Below, piece after piece: positions 10,340 through 19,482 of a stretch of 64,000 nucleotides of DNA. Each line of letters starts with the position of its first letter. The stretch's first letter is position 1. The notes under the pieces were generated by a model, which was given only the letters and a program-made list of their open reading frames with translations, had not been told where the DNA came from and did not search any database. Made by a program: the position numbers and the translations under genes. The DNA is taken from positions 1 to 64,000 of IMG/VR virus record IMGVR_UViG_3300008110_010000; one strand, written 5' to 3'.

Positions 10340-10938
10340 AACAGGTTTTTTTTAAACATCTTATTGATTTCTCTTTCTCTTACCCAAATAACTAAAATAT
10401 ATTTTACACCATCCACAATTGGTAAACCAGCATGTAATGATTTTTTATTTAGTGTTCTATCCGGGTTTAAATTATTCCACACCAGCAAATCCCCCTGATT
10501 TCCTTTTATTTTAATTTTTTTCAAAGGAAATTCAGTTTCTCCCCCGATATAATCATCATTTAAATAAAATATTCCGGTTATTAATCGATCACCGCTTTCC
10601 CCATTAGGTATATTCTTTGGGTCTCCGTAGCAGTCATAATGTGGCTTGTATTCTCCCCCAATTCCATATCTTATAAAGGATACCGGGGTTTCTTGCTGAT
10701 TAATGGTTGTTTTTGTTTTTTCTGAGAATATTTTACGAACTTTTTTTAGTAATTCGGATTCATTTCCATATACAGCAATTTCAGCTTTTCTATATTTTAT
10801 ATCTGATTCCACATCCCCATTAATTGTTCTCGCAGTTTTAAATTCGTTAAATTCTTTTATTAATTTTTCACAATCCATTTTATCTAATACTTCTGCATGT
10901 AATTGATATAAAAGGTTATTATTTTCAAAGTATCTCAT
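10336..10938 (-). CDS. 2OG-Fe(II) oxygenase, prolyl-4-hydroxylase-like
   Basis: YKPHYD, YLND..GGETEF, HAGLPIVDGVK; start moved to the ATG that overlaps the upstream stop. Confidence 0.85.
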   Translation of the reverse strand: MRYFENNNLLYQLHAEVLDKMDCEKLIKEFNEFKTARTINGDVESDIKYRKAEIAVYGNESELLKKVRKIFSEKTKTTINQQETPVSFIRYGIGGEYKPHYDCYGDPKNIPNGESGDRLITGIFYLNDDYIGGETEFPLKKIKIKGNQGDLLVWNNLNPDRTLNKKSLHAGLPIVDGVKYILVIWVREREINKMFKKNLL

Positions 10939-11426
10939 ATAATAGTTTTTAATTTTCCCCAGTTCTTTATGTCCCCGTATCTTATATAAAATAACGCACA
11001 ATATCTAACCCCTCTTTTTACTTTTTTCACTTCGTGATATTCGCTTGATTTATAATGATATATTTCACCCATCGGTTTCAAGTATGGTTTATCGTTTAAA
11101 TAAAACTCCCCACCTTCATAATCATCATTTAATAATATATTAATATTATAAATAAAATCTCTACTGAGTGAATTAGTGGCGGACCCCGAATCTATATGTT
11201 TTTGAATTAGGTCACCCTCAATGTATTTTAATATACCTACATTAATTGTACTAATGTCCAAATTTAAATACTCACTACAATATTGAATAATTAAATTTTT
11301 AATTTCACCGTCTTCGACTTCAAATAAAGTGGAATAGTATGAACCACCAGTCTTCACCCTTTTCCATAAATTTTTTGATTCTGATAACTCAATCAAATAC
11401 CTACAATGACTATTTGAGATTTTCAT
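10935..11426 (-). CDS. 2OG-Fe(II) oxygenase
   Basis: KHID, LNDDYEGGEF, HEVKKVKRGVR. Confidence 0.85.
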   Translation of the reverse strand: MKISNSHCRYLIELSESKNLWKRVKTGGSYYSTLFEVEDGEIKNLIIQYCSEYLNLDISTINVGILKYIEGDLIQKHIDSGSATNSLSRDFIYNINILLNDDYEGGEFYLNDKPYLKPMGEIYHYKSSEYHEVKKVKRGVRYCALFYIRYGDIKNWGKLKTII

Positions 11427-11429
11427 TAT

Positions 11430-11939
11430 TTAAATTAAATTTTTATAGATTTTAATCTGATCTATTTCATTTGTCAATGATCCATAAATTCCAATTCTTT
11501 CTGGGGTTGAAAATTCGTCACATAAAAAATCCTCTGTTTTAAAAATTAATAGATCTCCGTCTTCCAATACTATTTCTTTTATTTCATTTTTTAATCTTAA
11601 TGATATCTTACTTTTAAAGGATTTTATAAAAAGAATGAATGAATATTTTGATTTTGGATTTATCCCTCTTTTTAACTGCTTATCGAATTTTATTTCTTGG
11701 TCCAATTCCTGTTCCTGTATATAAGCGAAGGTGTTTTTGACATATACTTGAAAATCCTCTAGAGTTTCTTTTTCTAGGTTTTGTAATATGATTTCAATTA
11801 TTTTTAAAGTTGTGTCCGATTCTAACCACAGGATTCTCTTATTAAATTCGGATTTTACGTGATGTGAATTCAGTATAATATCATATTTTAATAGTTCCAA
11901 ATTAATTTTTGGCTTAACGATTTTATAAAACATGATCAA
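11430..11939 (-). CDS. Hypothetical protein, possibly degenerate 2OG-oxygenase fold
   Basis: LEDGDLLIF...ERI segment resembles neighbouring oxygenases but metal ligands are not evident. Confidence 0.4.
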   Translation of the reverse strand: MIMFYKIVKPKINLELLKYDIILNSHHVKSEFNKRILWLESDTTLKIIEIILQNLEKETLEDFQVYVKNTFAYIQEQELDQEIKFDKQLKRGINPKSKYSFILFIKSFKSKISLRLKNEIKEIVLEDGDLLIFKTEDFLCDEFSTPERIGIYGSLTNEIDQIKIYKNLI

Positions 11940-12565
11940 GAATTTATATGATTTTTGAAGACGATCCTTCTATTTGTTTCCCTAATAGAATTAAAATCAT
12001 AATTAATATTCGTTGTGTATACTATTCTATCAGATTCTGAACCTAATGTAAGGGTTGGCATATGTTGTAAATCACCAGGAAAAAATAGAATATCGCTTTC
12101 TTTTGGAGTGAATGAATGTAATTTTTCGTCTTCTGTTTTAAAAATAAGATCCCCTTCTCCATCTTTAAGATCCGAAGGAATTTGTATATAAAAAACATAG
12201 GTCCATTGCGTTTTCAAATTTGTTCTATTCGATGATTCTATCCAGTCATGGGTGTGCATCCATTCCATTTTAAAACCCGGAACTTGTATGTATATCCAAC
12301 TGGATTTTATAAATCTGTCTATTTTGCAAGACAATTTTTTCCTTAAAAAATCCAATGCCTGATTATCTACAGATCTAAATTCATCGCATCCAATATGGAC
12401 GTCCAATGAATTTTGTACCCTGTATGTCTCGTTTTGGTATAAGGATTCGTTTTGATATATTCTAGTTAAAAATTCTTTTTTCGAAAACTGATTATCGTAC
12501 CTTGTCTTGTAGATTGTGTATTTTTCTGACAGCTTATATTGTTCTGAAAAGTTTATTTTTTTCAT
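11936..12565 (-). CDS. Putative 2OG-Fe(II) oxygenase
   Basis: MHTHD, WTYVFYIQIP, GDLIF, LQHMP...RI; start set at MKKINF. Confidence 0.75.
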   Translation of the reverse strand: MKKINFSEQYKLSEKYTIYKTRYDNQFSKKEFLTRIYQNESLYQNETYRVQNSLDVHIGCDEFRSVDNQALDFLRKKLSCKIDRFIKSSWIYIQVPGFKMEWMHTHDWIESSNRTNLKTQWTYVFYIQIPSDLKDGEGDLIFKTEDEKLHSFTPKESDILFFPGDLQHMPTLTLGSESDRIVYTTNINYDFNSIRETNRRIVFKNHINS

Positions 12566-12968
12566 ATTTCCCATATTTAGTAAACAGTTCATTTCCACGA
12601 TATATTTTTTTCGTGGCAATCGATAAATTTCTATCAATATTCGGTTCACTATCCCAAGAACAGCTGTTTACCCAGTGCATGGGTGTTTTAAATATCCAAT
12701 GACAATTTTTTTCTAGATTGACATTAAACGTCCATTCGTCACCAATCTTAGAAAATTCGTACATATCATAAACATGGATCTTAACGTTATAATCAAGGGA
12801 ATTTAATTCTGATTCAGTTAATTGGTAAATCCCTGAATCCCCCTTCCAGTTAACGAATATTTCTTCCCCCTCATCGATATCTCTAAGAGCAAAAATACCT
12901 ACTCCGTGTATATTGCTCGGCGACATTTTAACGTTCACATGATTTTTGATGTATTCATATGCAGTCAT
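12534..12968 (-). CDS. SET-domain protein (lysine methyltransferase-like)
   Basis: SNIHGVGIFALRDIDEGEEI...WVNSC...PN...GNELFTKYG. Confidence 0.8.
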   Translation of the reverse strand: MTAYEYIKNHVNVKMSPSNIHGVGIFALRDIDEGEEIFVNWKGDSGIYQLTESELNSLDYNVKIHVYDMYEFSKIGDEWTFNVNLEKNCHWIFKTPMHWVNSCSWDSEPNIDRNLSIATKKIYRGNELFTKYGKYEKNKLFRTI

Positions 12969-13441
12969 TATATGAAATTTTTTGGTGTGGTTCTGAATTG
13001 AGATCCATAGTTTCCTAATATCTCTTCACCTTCTTTTATCTTTCTAATTGCAACAGGTGCCACATTATTATTGCTATCCACGTTACAGTTTTTCAATCCA
13101 CTGTTCATAAACATTTTTGGCCAAATGTATATCCAGTGATAACCTCGCTCTAAGGGGAAAAATATTTTTCCATATTCCTTAGGTATGATTTGTTCGACCC
13201 CATTTTTATCAACAAACCACATTTTATTGTCAAAGGTTTCGTATAAATTTTTTTGGAGCTTATCAGGGAGTGTGAATAATTCTTCCTGTGTAATTGAATA
13301 TATCCCACTCTCCCCATGCCAAAGATCAAAAACAGATTCACCTGCTTCAATATCTCTAATGGCAAAAAATCCAACGCCCTCTACAGAACTCGGCTTAAGT
13401 ATTGCTGTGACCTTTTGCTGAAGATATTCTAAAGGAGTCAT
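12968..13441 (-). CDS. SET-domain protein
   Basis: SSVEGVGFFAIRDIEAGE...FMNS...IKEGEEILGNYG. Confidence 0.8.
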   Translation of the reverse strand: MTPLEYLQQKVTAILKPSSVEGVGFFAIRDIEAGESVFDLWHGESGIYSITQEELFTLPDKLQKNLYETFDNKMWFVDKNGVEQIIPKEYGKIFFPLERGYHWIYIWPKMFMNSGLKNCNVDSNNNVAPVAIRKIKEGEEILGNYGSQFRTTPKNFI

Positions 13442-13456
13442 AAATATCCACAGAAT

Positions 13457-13600
13457 TTAAGAATGTTTTAACTTAATCAGTTCTACAAGTTTTGACAATA
13501 TAGTGAAGGTTTTCTGTTTTTTATCCTCGCTGATCGATGAAGCTTGTCTTAATTTAAGATCAACAGTATTAATTGACTTATATTTTGTTGGTTTTATCAT
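13457..13600 (-). CDS. Small hypothetical protein (47 aa, not in the ORF track)
   Basis: MIKPTKYKSINTVDLKLRQASSISEDKKQKTFTILSKLVELIKLKHS fills the gap directly after the Hint gene. Confidence 0.55.
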   Translation of the reverse strand: MIKPTKYKSINTVDLKLRQASSISEDKKQKTFTILSKLVELIKLKHS

Positions 13601-13605
13601 GATCT

Positions 13606-15480
13606 TTATATTTTTGGTATTCCTCTGTTATGTGCTAAAATTCCATTAGCAAAAAAGTTATGATTATTTTTAATATCCTGTAAATTATAAACTAGAGTGG
13701 TTTCTTCTATCATGTTTATGTTCACAATTTTTGAGCTCCCCTTTAATAACTTTAAACAGTCTCCAATCTCTATCTTACCGATTTTAGATTCTATAGTATA
13801 CAGTTTATTAGATAGATTATTATCGAATGAAGACCATCCTTTATCTTCAACATATACTGGGTGATCTATGGTACATTTTAAAAATTCACCATTCTCTAAT
13901 TCATACTCAACAATTCGGTCCACTTTTTTACTATAAACAGCATTTACTGTATTGGCCTCAATATTATTTGATAGCATGTTAAGTGTCAGTACAGAATCAC
14001 CAGCAATAATATCCTCTATATTTTTTGTAACACCTTCCGAGATGGTTATTTTCGTGCCTGCAACGAAACATGGTGCATTGTGTGTTACGAATGAATTGAC
14101 AGGAGTTGATCCTGCTATTATGTAGGTGTCAGTATCCTCAACATCAATTTCAACTAAGCTGAAATTGTTTTCATTAATTATTAATATTTCAGAATTTGTG
14201 ACCTGCGCTAATGATCCATCATAATCTACTAAGTAATCTGTCGTTGTTTTTATGTTTACAGATTGTTTCCATACGATCGAGTCCATTCCCTCGTCATAAA
14301 CTAAGAAAGATTTATGAACCGACGTATAAATTGAATCCTCGTTATTATTTACTGTTATATTAGATAATGTTTTATTCAACAATTCTTTACTATTTTTATA
14401 TATAACAGTAGATGTCGTTAGATTAGATTCCGGTGGTAAGGTGTTTCCTGATATTTGCCAAGTTGGATATGTGAAGTCGTCTTCCGTTAAATCTGTTCCC
14501 CCTATATAATAAGATTTTATTTCTTCCCCGACAGAAATGTTCCCTATTTCTACCTCAGTATCATCAGATTTAATTATTAAATGCGTGTTTAAAATGCCAT
14601 CAATTATACCATCATATTTAATAAAATTTGTTGCAAACTCGTAATAATGTTTATTGTCTATCTTATTAATGTATTGGGCTTCATTATAAATTGATTCGAC
14701 AGGTAATTCAAATGCCGCACTTTCCTGAAATTGTCCTACGTGAATTAGGGACAGATCACCTCCGTAAATAATCGAGAAAGTTCTCACTGTGGAAACTTTA
14801 TTATCTGAAACGGTTTGTGAACTTATGTGATATTTTTGTATTACGTTATTTTCTGTTGCCTTTTCGCTGATGAATACTCCCCATCGGCTTTGGTCTGTAT
14901 CTTCAGTGGATTCGCTGCCTATTTTATAAAAATCTATAAGGGAATGTTCCGCATCGCTTATGTTTTTTATTAAGCAATCTGGCAAATTTCCCGAATTAAA
15001 ATCCCTAGAAATCGTATCGTATTGTCCGAGTGAGGATGAATGATAAAACTCCGCAACGCTATCCTGCTCATTATAATCACAGAATAGCCTAAGTGTGTTT
15101 AATGTTCCCTTAGCATACTCGCTATCAAAAATGGCTGATTCGTCATACGCCATTCTCAGAACGAATAAGTCTGAAGCATCCTCAACAGGAGTCGGGTATA
15201 TTCTGTTTGATTGCTCTTTTATCTCCTTAAATTCTGTGATAAATGGAGCGTTCGATGTCAATGATTCGGAAAGTTTATCGACTATATACTGATGTATGTT
15301 CGGCTTATGTACTACCGTTACTCTTGTGATGTTATTGCTCTCTAAAACCGAGATAAGGTCGTTAAAATCCAGATAGACTAAATTATTAGTCGAAATAGTT
15401 GTGTCTGTATTTACTTCCAATAGTCTTAAATTGCCAACGCTATCCTCAATAAAATCCGCGGAAAAAAAGGTTCCTTTCAT
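13606..15480 (-). CDS. Protein with an ATP-grasp-like N-terminus and two tandem Hint domains
   Basis: SADF...LLEVNT at N-terminus; first Hint-like unit ends SFVTHN; second begins CFVAGTKI and ends NFFANGILAHN. Confidence 0.7.
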   Translation of the reverse strand: MKGTFFSADFIEDSVGNLRLLEVNTDTTISTNNLVYLDFNDLISVLESNNITRVTVVHKPNIHQYIVDKLSESLTSNAPFITEFKEIKEQSNRIYPTPVEDASDLFVLRMAYDESAIFDSEYAKGTLNTLRLFCDYNEQDSVAEFYHSSSLGQYDTISRDFNSGNLPDCLIKNISDAEHSLIDFYKIGSESTEDTDQSRWGVFISEKATENNVIQKYHISSQTVSDNKVSTVRTFSIIYGGDLSLIHVGQFQESAAFELPVESIYNEAQYINKIDNKHYYEFATNFIKYDGIIDGILNTHLIIKSDDTEVEIGNISVGEEIKSYYIGGTDLTEDDFTYPTWQISGNTLPPESNLTTSTVIYKNSKELLNKTLSNITVNNNEDSIYTSVHKSFLVYDEGMDSIVWKQSVNIKTTTDYLVDYDGSLAQVTNSEILIINENNFSLVEIDVEDTDTYIIAGSTPVNSFVTHNAPCFVAGTKITISEGVTKNIEDIIAGDSVLTLNMLSNNIEANTVNAVYSKKVDRIVEYELENGEFLKCTIDHPVYVEDKGWSSFDNNLSNKLYTIESKIGKIEIGDCLKLLKGSSKIVNINMIEETTLVYNLQDIKNNHNFFANGILAHNRGIPKI

Positions 15481-15520
15481 ACTTAATATTTTCTTTTATA
15501 TCCCAATATAACAAAATGCA

Positions 15521-15730
15521 TCACTTTTTTAGACCATATTTTATATATCTATACCATACCCTCTCGTGTAAAAAATATAAGGCCATCTTGGTTATCACCT
15601 CAAAGCCGCCAATGGCGATTCCTATTTTTATATTACCTGTTATGGCCCAGCTTAAAATAATCGTATCTAATGTTCCGACTATTCTCCATGTTATAGTTTT
15701 AGCTATGTGTCTCTTTACCTGAGGCATCAA
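15521..15730 (-). CDS. DUF2061-like small membrane protein
   Basis: RHIAKTITWRIVGT...EVITKMALYFLHERVW, a family usually found next to cys genes. Confidence 0.8.
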   Translation of the reverse strand: MMPQVKRHIAKTITWRIVGTLDTIILSWAITGNIKIGIAIGGFEVITKMALYFLHERVWYRYIKYGLKK

Positions 15731-16070
15731 TTGTTCCCTCCCTTATTTTGGTACCGCTTATTAGCGCAATATTTTCTGGGGGCTCGTGGTAAATAACCTC
15801 ATAACCTACCCCTCTCCCATAATTGATTGATTCAATGTCGGGAATTATCGAAAGAAGTATTCTGTCAGAATTTTTAACAAAAAACGATTCTTTGGAAAGA
15901 TCTTCCAAAATTTGTTGTGCTTTTTTTGGATTATTGGCATCTTGATCTACGTCCCTGATAGCGACCCAAATGTTTTTTCCCTTCTCTAACTGTTGATTAA
16001 TAAGCCATTCGTGTCCTTTGTGCCAGTTCTGCCATCTACCTATATAGAGAGCATATTTTTTACCTTCCAT
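15699..16070 (-). CDS. Cytidylyltransferase-like (HIGH-motif) nucleotidyltransferase
   Basis: IGRWQNWHKGH and ISGTKIR motifs. Confidence 0.75.
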   Translation of the reverse strand: MEGKKYALYIGRWQNWHKGHEWLINQQLEKGKNIWVAIRDVDQDANNPKKAQQILEDLSKESFFVKNSDRILLSIIPDIESINYGRGVGYEVIYHEPPENIALISGTKIREGTIDASGKETHS

Positions 16071-16076
16071 TAATAT

Positions 16077-16505
16077 TTATACGCGCAGAAGGAGACAAAG
16101 TTCCACGAAAGATCTTTCTATGCTGGATCCGTTTCGAAAAATTAAAAAGTTTTCCTCAGGACCTTCAAAATTTTTAACGTGTAACTTTTCCTTCCCTCCG
16201 TAATCGTTCCTGGAAAATAAAACCTCTACAACATCGTTATTTTGCTTTAGATCTTCCCTTATAGCACGATAAGGACAAACCATACTTATCACCACGTTAT
16301 GTCCTTTAACCGACATAAAACGAGCTATAGTGAAGGACCTTTCTATGTTCTTGATCCTGCCAGAATAAGAATAGTCAGTATTGGGGAATATTTCCCTCAG
16401 ATCATCGCCATCTATCCATACAGTTCCCATTCCTAATCTTCTAACTAAGAGCTCTGCCATTGTAGTTTTACCCGATCCTGGCTGTCCTATTAATAGGTAT
16501 ATCAT
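16077..16505 (-). CDS. cysC: Adenylyl-sulfate (APS) kinase
   Basis: GQPGSGKTT, IDGDDLR, DYSYSGRIKN, SMVCPY..R. Confidence 0.8.
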   Translation of the reverse strand: MIYLLIGQPGSGKTTMAELLVRRLGMGTVWIDGDDLREIFPNTDYSYSGRIKNIERSFTIARFMSVKGHNVVISMVCPYRAIREDLKQNNDVVEVLFSRNDYGGKEKLHVKNFEGPEENFLIFRNGSSIERSFVELCLLLRV

Positions 16506-16518
16506 AGTAAAGTAATAT

Positions 16519-16671
16519 CTAGTGGTTATAAATAAATGGGTCTCTTTTTCTTAGTTCCTCCAGTTTTTTCTTAAATCTTTTTTTCCTTTTATAGTTGTCT
16601 ATACTTTTCTTTATCCAACTGAAAAGAATCAATCCCCTTAAGAACACAAAGAATTTTCTAAAGTGCTTCAT
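16519..16671 (-). CDS. Small basic hypothetical protein (50 aa, not in the ORF track)
   Basis: MKHFRKFF...KLEELRKRDPFIYNH fills the gap and overlaps the upstream stop. Confidence 0.55.
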   Translation of the reverse strand: MKHFRKFFVFLRGLILFSWIKKSIDNYKRKKRFKKKLEELRKRDPFIYNH

Positions 16672-17015
16672 TTATAATTATTTTTAAATTCCTCTAATCC
16701 CATGGCTTTATCGTCGATTAGGTAGTCATAATGCAATTTTCCCATTATCAGTCCATGGTGATTTATTCCCCATTCTTTTAAACTATCCAGGGTAAGAACA
16801 TAAAGACTGTTATAAACCTTAACCAGATCTCCATTGAACTGTCCCATTCCCCTAGCAGTGTAAATGTAAATGGTGTGACCCTCATCATAAAGTTTATTCG
16901 ATTTATCAATCATGTGCTTTATGGGTACACAATGTTTATATTTATCTGGGCCAAGGTGTTCCAGATTTTTATCCCGGGTACATAATGTATCGTCTAAATC
17001 AAATGCGTAAATCAT
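16668..17015 (-). CDS. HAD-family phosphatase (capsule biosynthesis phosphatase-like)
   Basis: FDLDDTLC, YTARGM, GKLHYDYLIDDK. Confidence 0.8.
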   Translation of the reverse strand: MIYAFDLDDTLCTRDKNLEHLGPDKYKHCVPIKHMIDKSNKLYDEGHTIYIYTARGMGQFNGDLVKVYNSLYVLTLDSLKEWGINHHGLIMGKLHYDYLIDDKAMGLEEFKNNYK

Positions 17016-17127
17016 AGCGTTAGTTCTTTTAATATGTATTCTGATAATATAATATGGAATATCTCACCATAATGAAGATCTTCAACTTTTCCTTGGTGTC
17101 TCCAAAGACCCAAAGATTATTGGACAT
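17012..17127 (-). pseudogene. Internally deleted SGNH-family gene remnant
   Basis: MSNNLWVFGD in one frame joined out of frame to GKVEDLHYGEIFHIILSEYILKELTL*; both ends overlap the flanking genes. Confidence 0.7.
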
Positions 17128-18076
17128 AACTGAGCAGTCTTATTAATCTTTGCTTTATGTTATTTTTAATCGTTTCATCCATAGAATAATCCATTTTAAT
17201 AATATTATTTAATTTTTGATAGTTATAGTGACCGCAAACCATTATTAATTTTCTTTTATTCGAAAAATCAAAATTCAGATCTACCCACTTTTCCCATTTT
17301 TTAGAATCGTAGCATACCTCGTAAAACATGTCTATCTGATCCTTTTCCATAAAATCTATTATCGTTTCCGTTTCAATTTGTGCTATTTCTGGCCCAATAT
17401 TCAAACTATTCAATCCTCTTTTAAATCTTACAACAATATCCGGCCAATCAAGATAATCGCCATTATGTTCCTTTGATTTCTTTCCATATGATTTGCATAT
17501 TCCGATCATAGATTCTAAATCTTCTATATTGAATTTTCCTATATTTTTTTTATTAGCTATATCTAAACCCACCCCCGATTGAATACACACATATTCTATT
17601 TTTTCAAATTCATCCCCGGTTAGACCAATTTGTAATTCTCTCAAAAAAAAATCCAGATCTTCAGTGGTAATTTTTTTGATTGCCTCTTCTGTCCCAACTT
17701 CAAATAAGATGTTTGAATTTAATTTGTGAATGAATTTAATGTTTTCGATTGTTTCTTTTGTCCCAGATTCGATATCTTGGTATTTTTTCCATGGATCTAT
17801 GTGTACGATATCAAGATACTTGGAGTCATTAAAATAAGATTCATATTCGTCAGTGTCTCCTTGCCCTATTCCCCCATGATCCCTTTCTATTATTATTTCG
17901 GATCTTTCTTTGACATAATTCTTGAATGCTTCGGTTGTCCAATTATTAACATATCCTCCATTAAATTCTATCTGTCTTCTGCTTGGCAATAATCCTATCT
18001 TTTTAGAGCCCAATTCTATGACTGCATCCACTATGTTTTTAGACATTGGACATATGAAATAATTTATTTCAGACAT
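17117..18076 (-). CDS. GatZ/KbaZ-like (tagatose aldolase non-catalytic subunit / sugar-phosphate epimerase) protein
   Basis: RDHGG, HIDPW, FEVGTEE, KEHNGDY, LNIGPE. Confidence 0.65.
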   Translation of the reverse strand: MSEINYFICPMSKNIVDAVIELGSKKIGLLPSRRQIEFNGGYVNNWTTEAFKNYVKERSEIIIERDHGGIGQGDTDEYESYFNDSKYLDIVHIDPWKKYQDIESGTKETIENIKFIHKLNSNILFEVGTEEAIKKITTEDLDFFLRELQIGLTGDEFEKIEYVCIQSGVGLDIANKKNIGKFNIEDLESMIGICKSYGKKSKEHNGDYLDWPDIVVRFKRGLNSLNIGPEIAQIETETIIDFMEKDQIDMFYEVCYDSKKWEKWVDLNFDFSNKRKLIMVCGHYNYQKLNNIIKMDYSMDETIKNNIKQRLIRLLSYVQ

Positions 18077-18695
18077 ATTCTATTCCCGTGTATATTTTAA
18101 ACTGTTCGATAGCTTGATATCTTGACATTAATTTTCCGCTTTCGAATTCTGTTCTTGCTTCGATAATCCGACCGTTTGTGCAAACGTCCACTGGAGTTGC
18201 ATTAAAAATCCACCCATCCAAACTTTCAATTTTGCTCCAGTTTTTCCTTTCTATTATTTCATACTCTATTCCCCGAATTCTACACACATATTGGACTGCT
18301 AGACTAAAACCTCCATTTCCCAGTATGGCTATTTTTTTAACTTCCCTTGGTAAATATTTATCTATGCCAATCCAGTCTGTGTTGTAACCGAGTAATTTGT
18401 TATCAACTATTTTAACAGTATTACACGAACCAATATCTGCGACGGAAGAATCACACCAATCTAAATAATCTAATATTTGCACTTTATACGGCATGCTAAT
18501 TGCAAATCCACCAAATTTTAAGTTCTTAGCGGATTCTACCGATAATTCTATATCGTCGCTATAAAATGATTTATAAATTGCATCAACTGAATACTTCTGA
18601 AAAGCACTATTGAAAAAATGACATCCATTATTTCCTGGGTTCTTTGAAAAAGATCCGAATATCTTAGTATCCTTGTTTATCAACACCTGCGACAT
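18069..18695 (-). CDS. Shikimate dehydrogenase-like oxidoreductase
   Basis: ISMPYK, GSCNTV, GYNTDW, ILGNGG; start set at MSQVLIN. Confidence 0.8.
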   Translation of the reverse strand: MSQVLINKDTKIFGSFSKNPGNNGCHFFNSAFQKYSVDAIYKSFYSDDIELSVESAKNLKFGGFAISMPYKVQILDYLDWCDSSVADIGSCNTVKIVDNKLLGYNTDWIGIDKYLPREVKKIAILGNGGFSLAVQYVCRIRGIEYEIIERKNWSKIESLDGWIFNATPVDVCTNGRIIEARTEFESGKLMSRYQAIEQFKIYTGIEYV

Positions 18696-18696
18696 T

Positions 18697-19482
18697 TTAT
18701 AGTGATAATAATATATTTTCAGCAATTATATACTGTCCAGTTTCGTTTGGGTGATGATCGTTAACTAATTCTTCCCAAAATTTTGTATCATAATTTTTAT
18801 ATCTGTCAGAATATCTTAAGCATTCATTTGATGTAAACCTCTGAGCGTCGATATTAAATTCATCATCATCTAGCGGAAAGTAAATAATTCTGCTTGGATG
18901 AGTAATTGTTTTAATGACATTTTCTTTCCTTTTTTGCGTGGAATTTACATCTTTAGGATGTATAGGGTTTAAAAACCAATATTTAACTGTCGCACCTATT
19001 TTATTTTCCAAATAATCAAAAACAGGAAGTACGTTTTTAAATCCAAGAATTAATAATTCAATTCTAAAATCTAAAACGAAATCTACGTATTTTTTCATTT
19101 TTTCTTCATCATAAAATTTTTCACTCCTGAAATAATCAATCTGATGCCAATCAAAATCTATCAATACGTCATTTATTTCAAATATGTCTTTACTAGACCA
19201 CGATTCTCTTACGTGGTTTTCGTTAACAAAAGGTACAGGGAACCTATCTGGGTATGTAAACTCGAAAACCACTAAATCCCCCTTCTTTATTTTTTCCATC
19301 TGCCTGAACAGCTTTACCGTAGATTCAAAATTGGATTGACCACTAAACCCGTTATTTACAAAATTGAATCCAATTTTTTCGGCTAATATTTCTGGCCAAA
19401 ATTTCAAGCCGTATTCTTTTTCGTGATGTGGAGAATGAGTCCAACTACATCCGTAAGCCCATAGTGTGTTTTTTGTAATCAT
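18697..19482 (-). CDS. SGNH hydrolase-like protein
   Basis: LWAYGCSWT, NNGFSGQSN, DHHPNETGQ. Confidence 0.65.
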   Translation of the reverse strand: MITKNTLWAYGCSWTHSPHHEKEYGLKFWPEILAEKIGFNFVNNGFSGQSNFESTVKLFRQMEKIKKGDLVVFEFTYPDRFPVPFVNENHVRESWSSKDIFEINDVLIDFDWHQIDYFRSEKFYDEEKMKKYVDFVLDFRIELLILGFKNVLPVFDYLENKIGATVKYWFLNPIHPKDVNSTQKRKENVIKTITHPSRIIYFPLDDDEFNIDAQRFTSNECLRYSDRYKNYDTKFWEELVNDHHPNETGQYIIAENILLSL

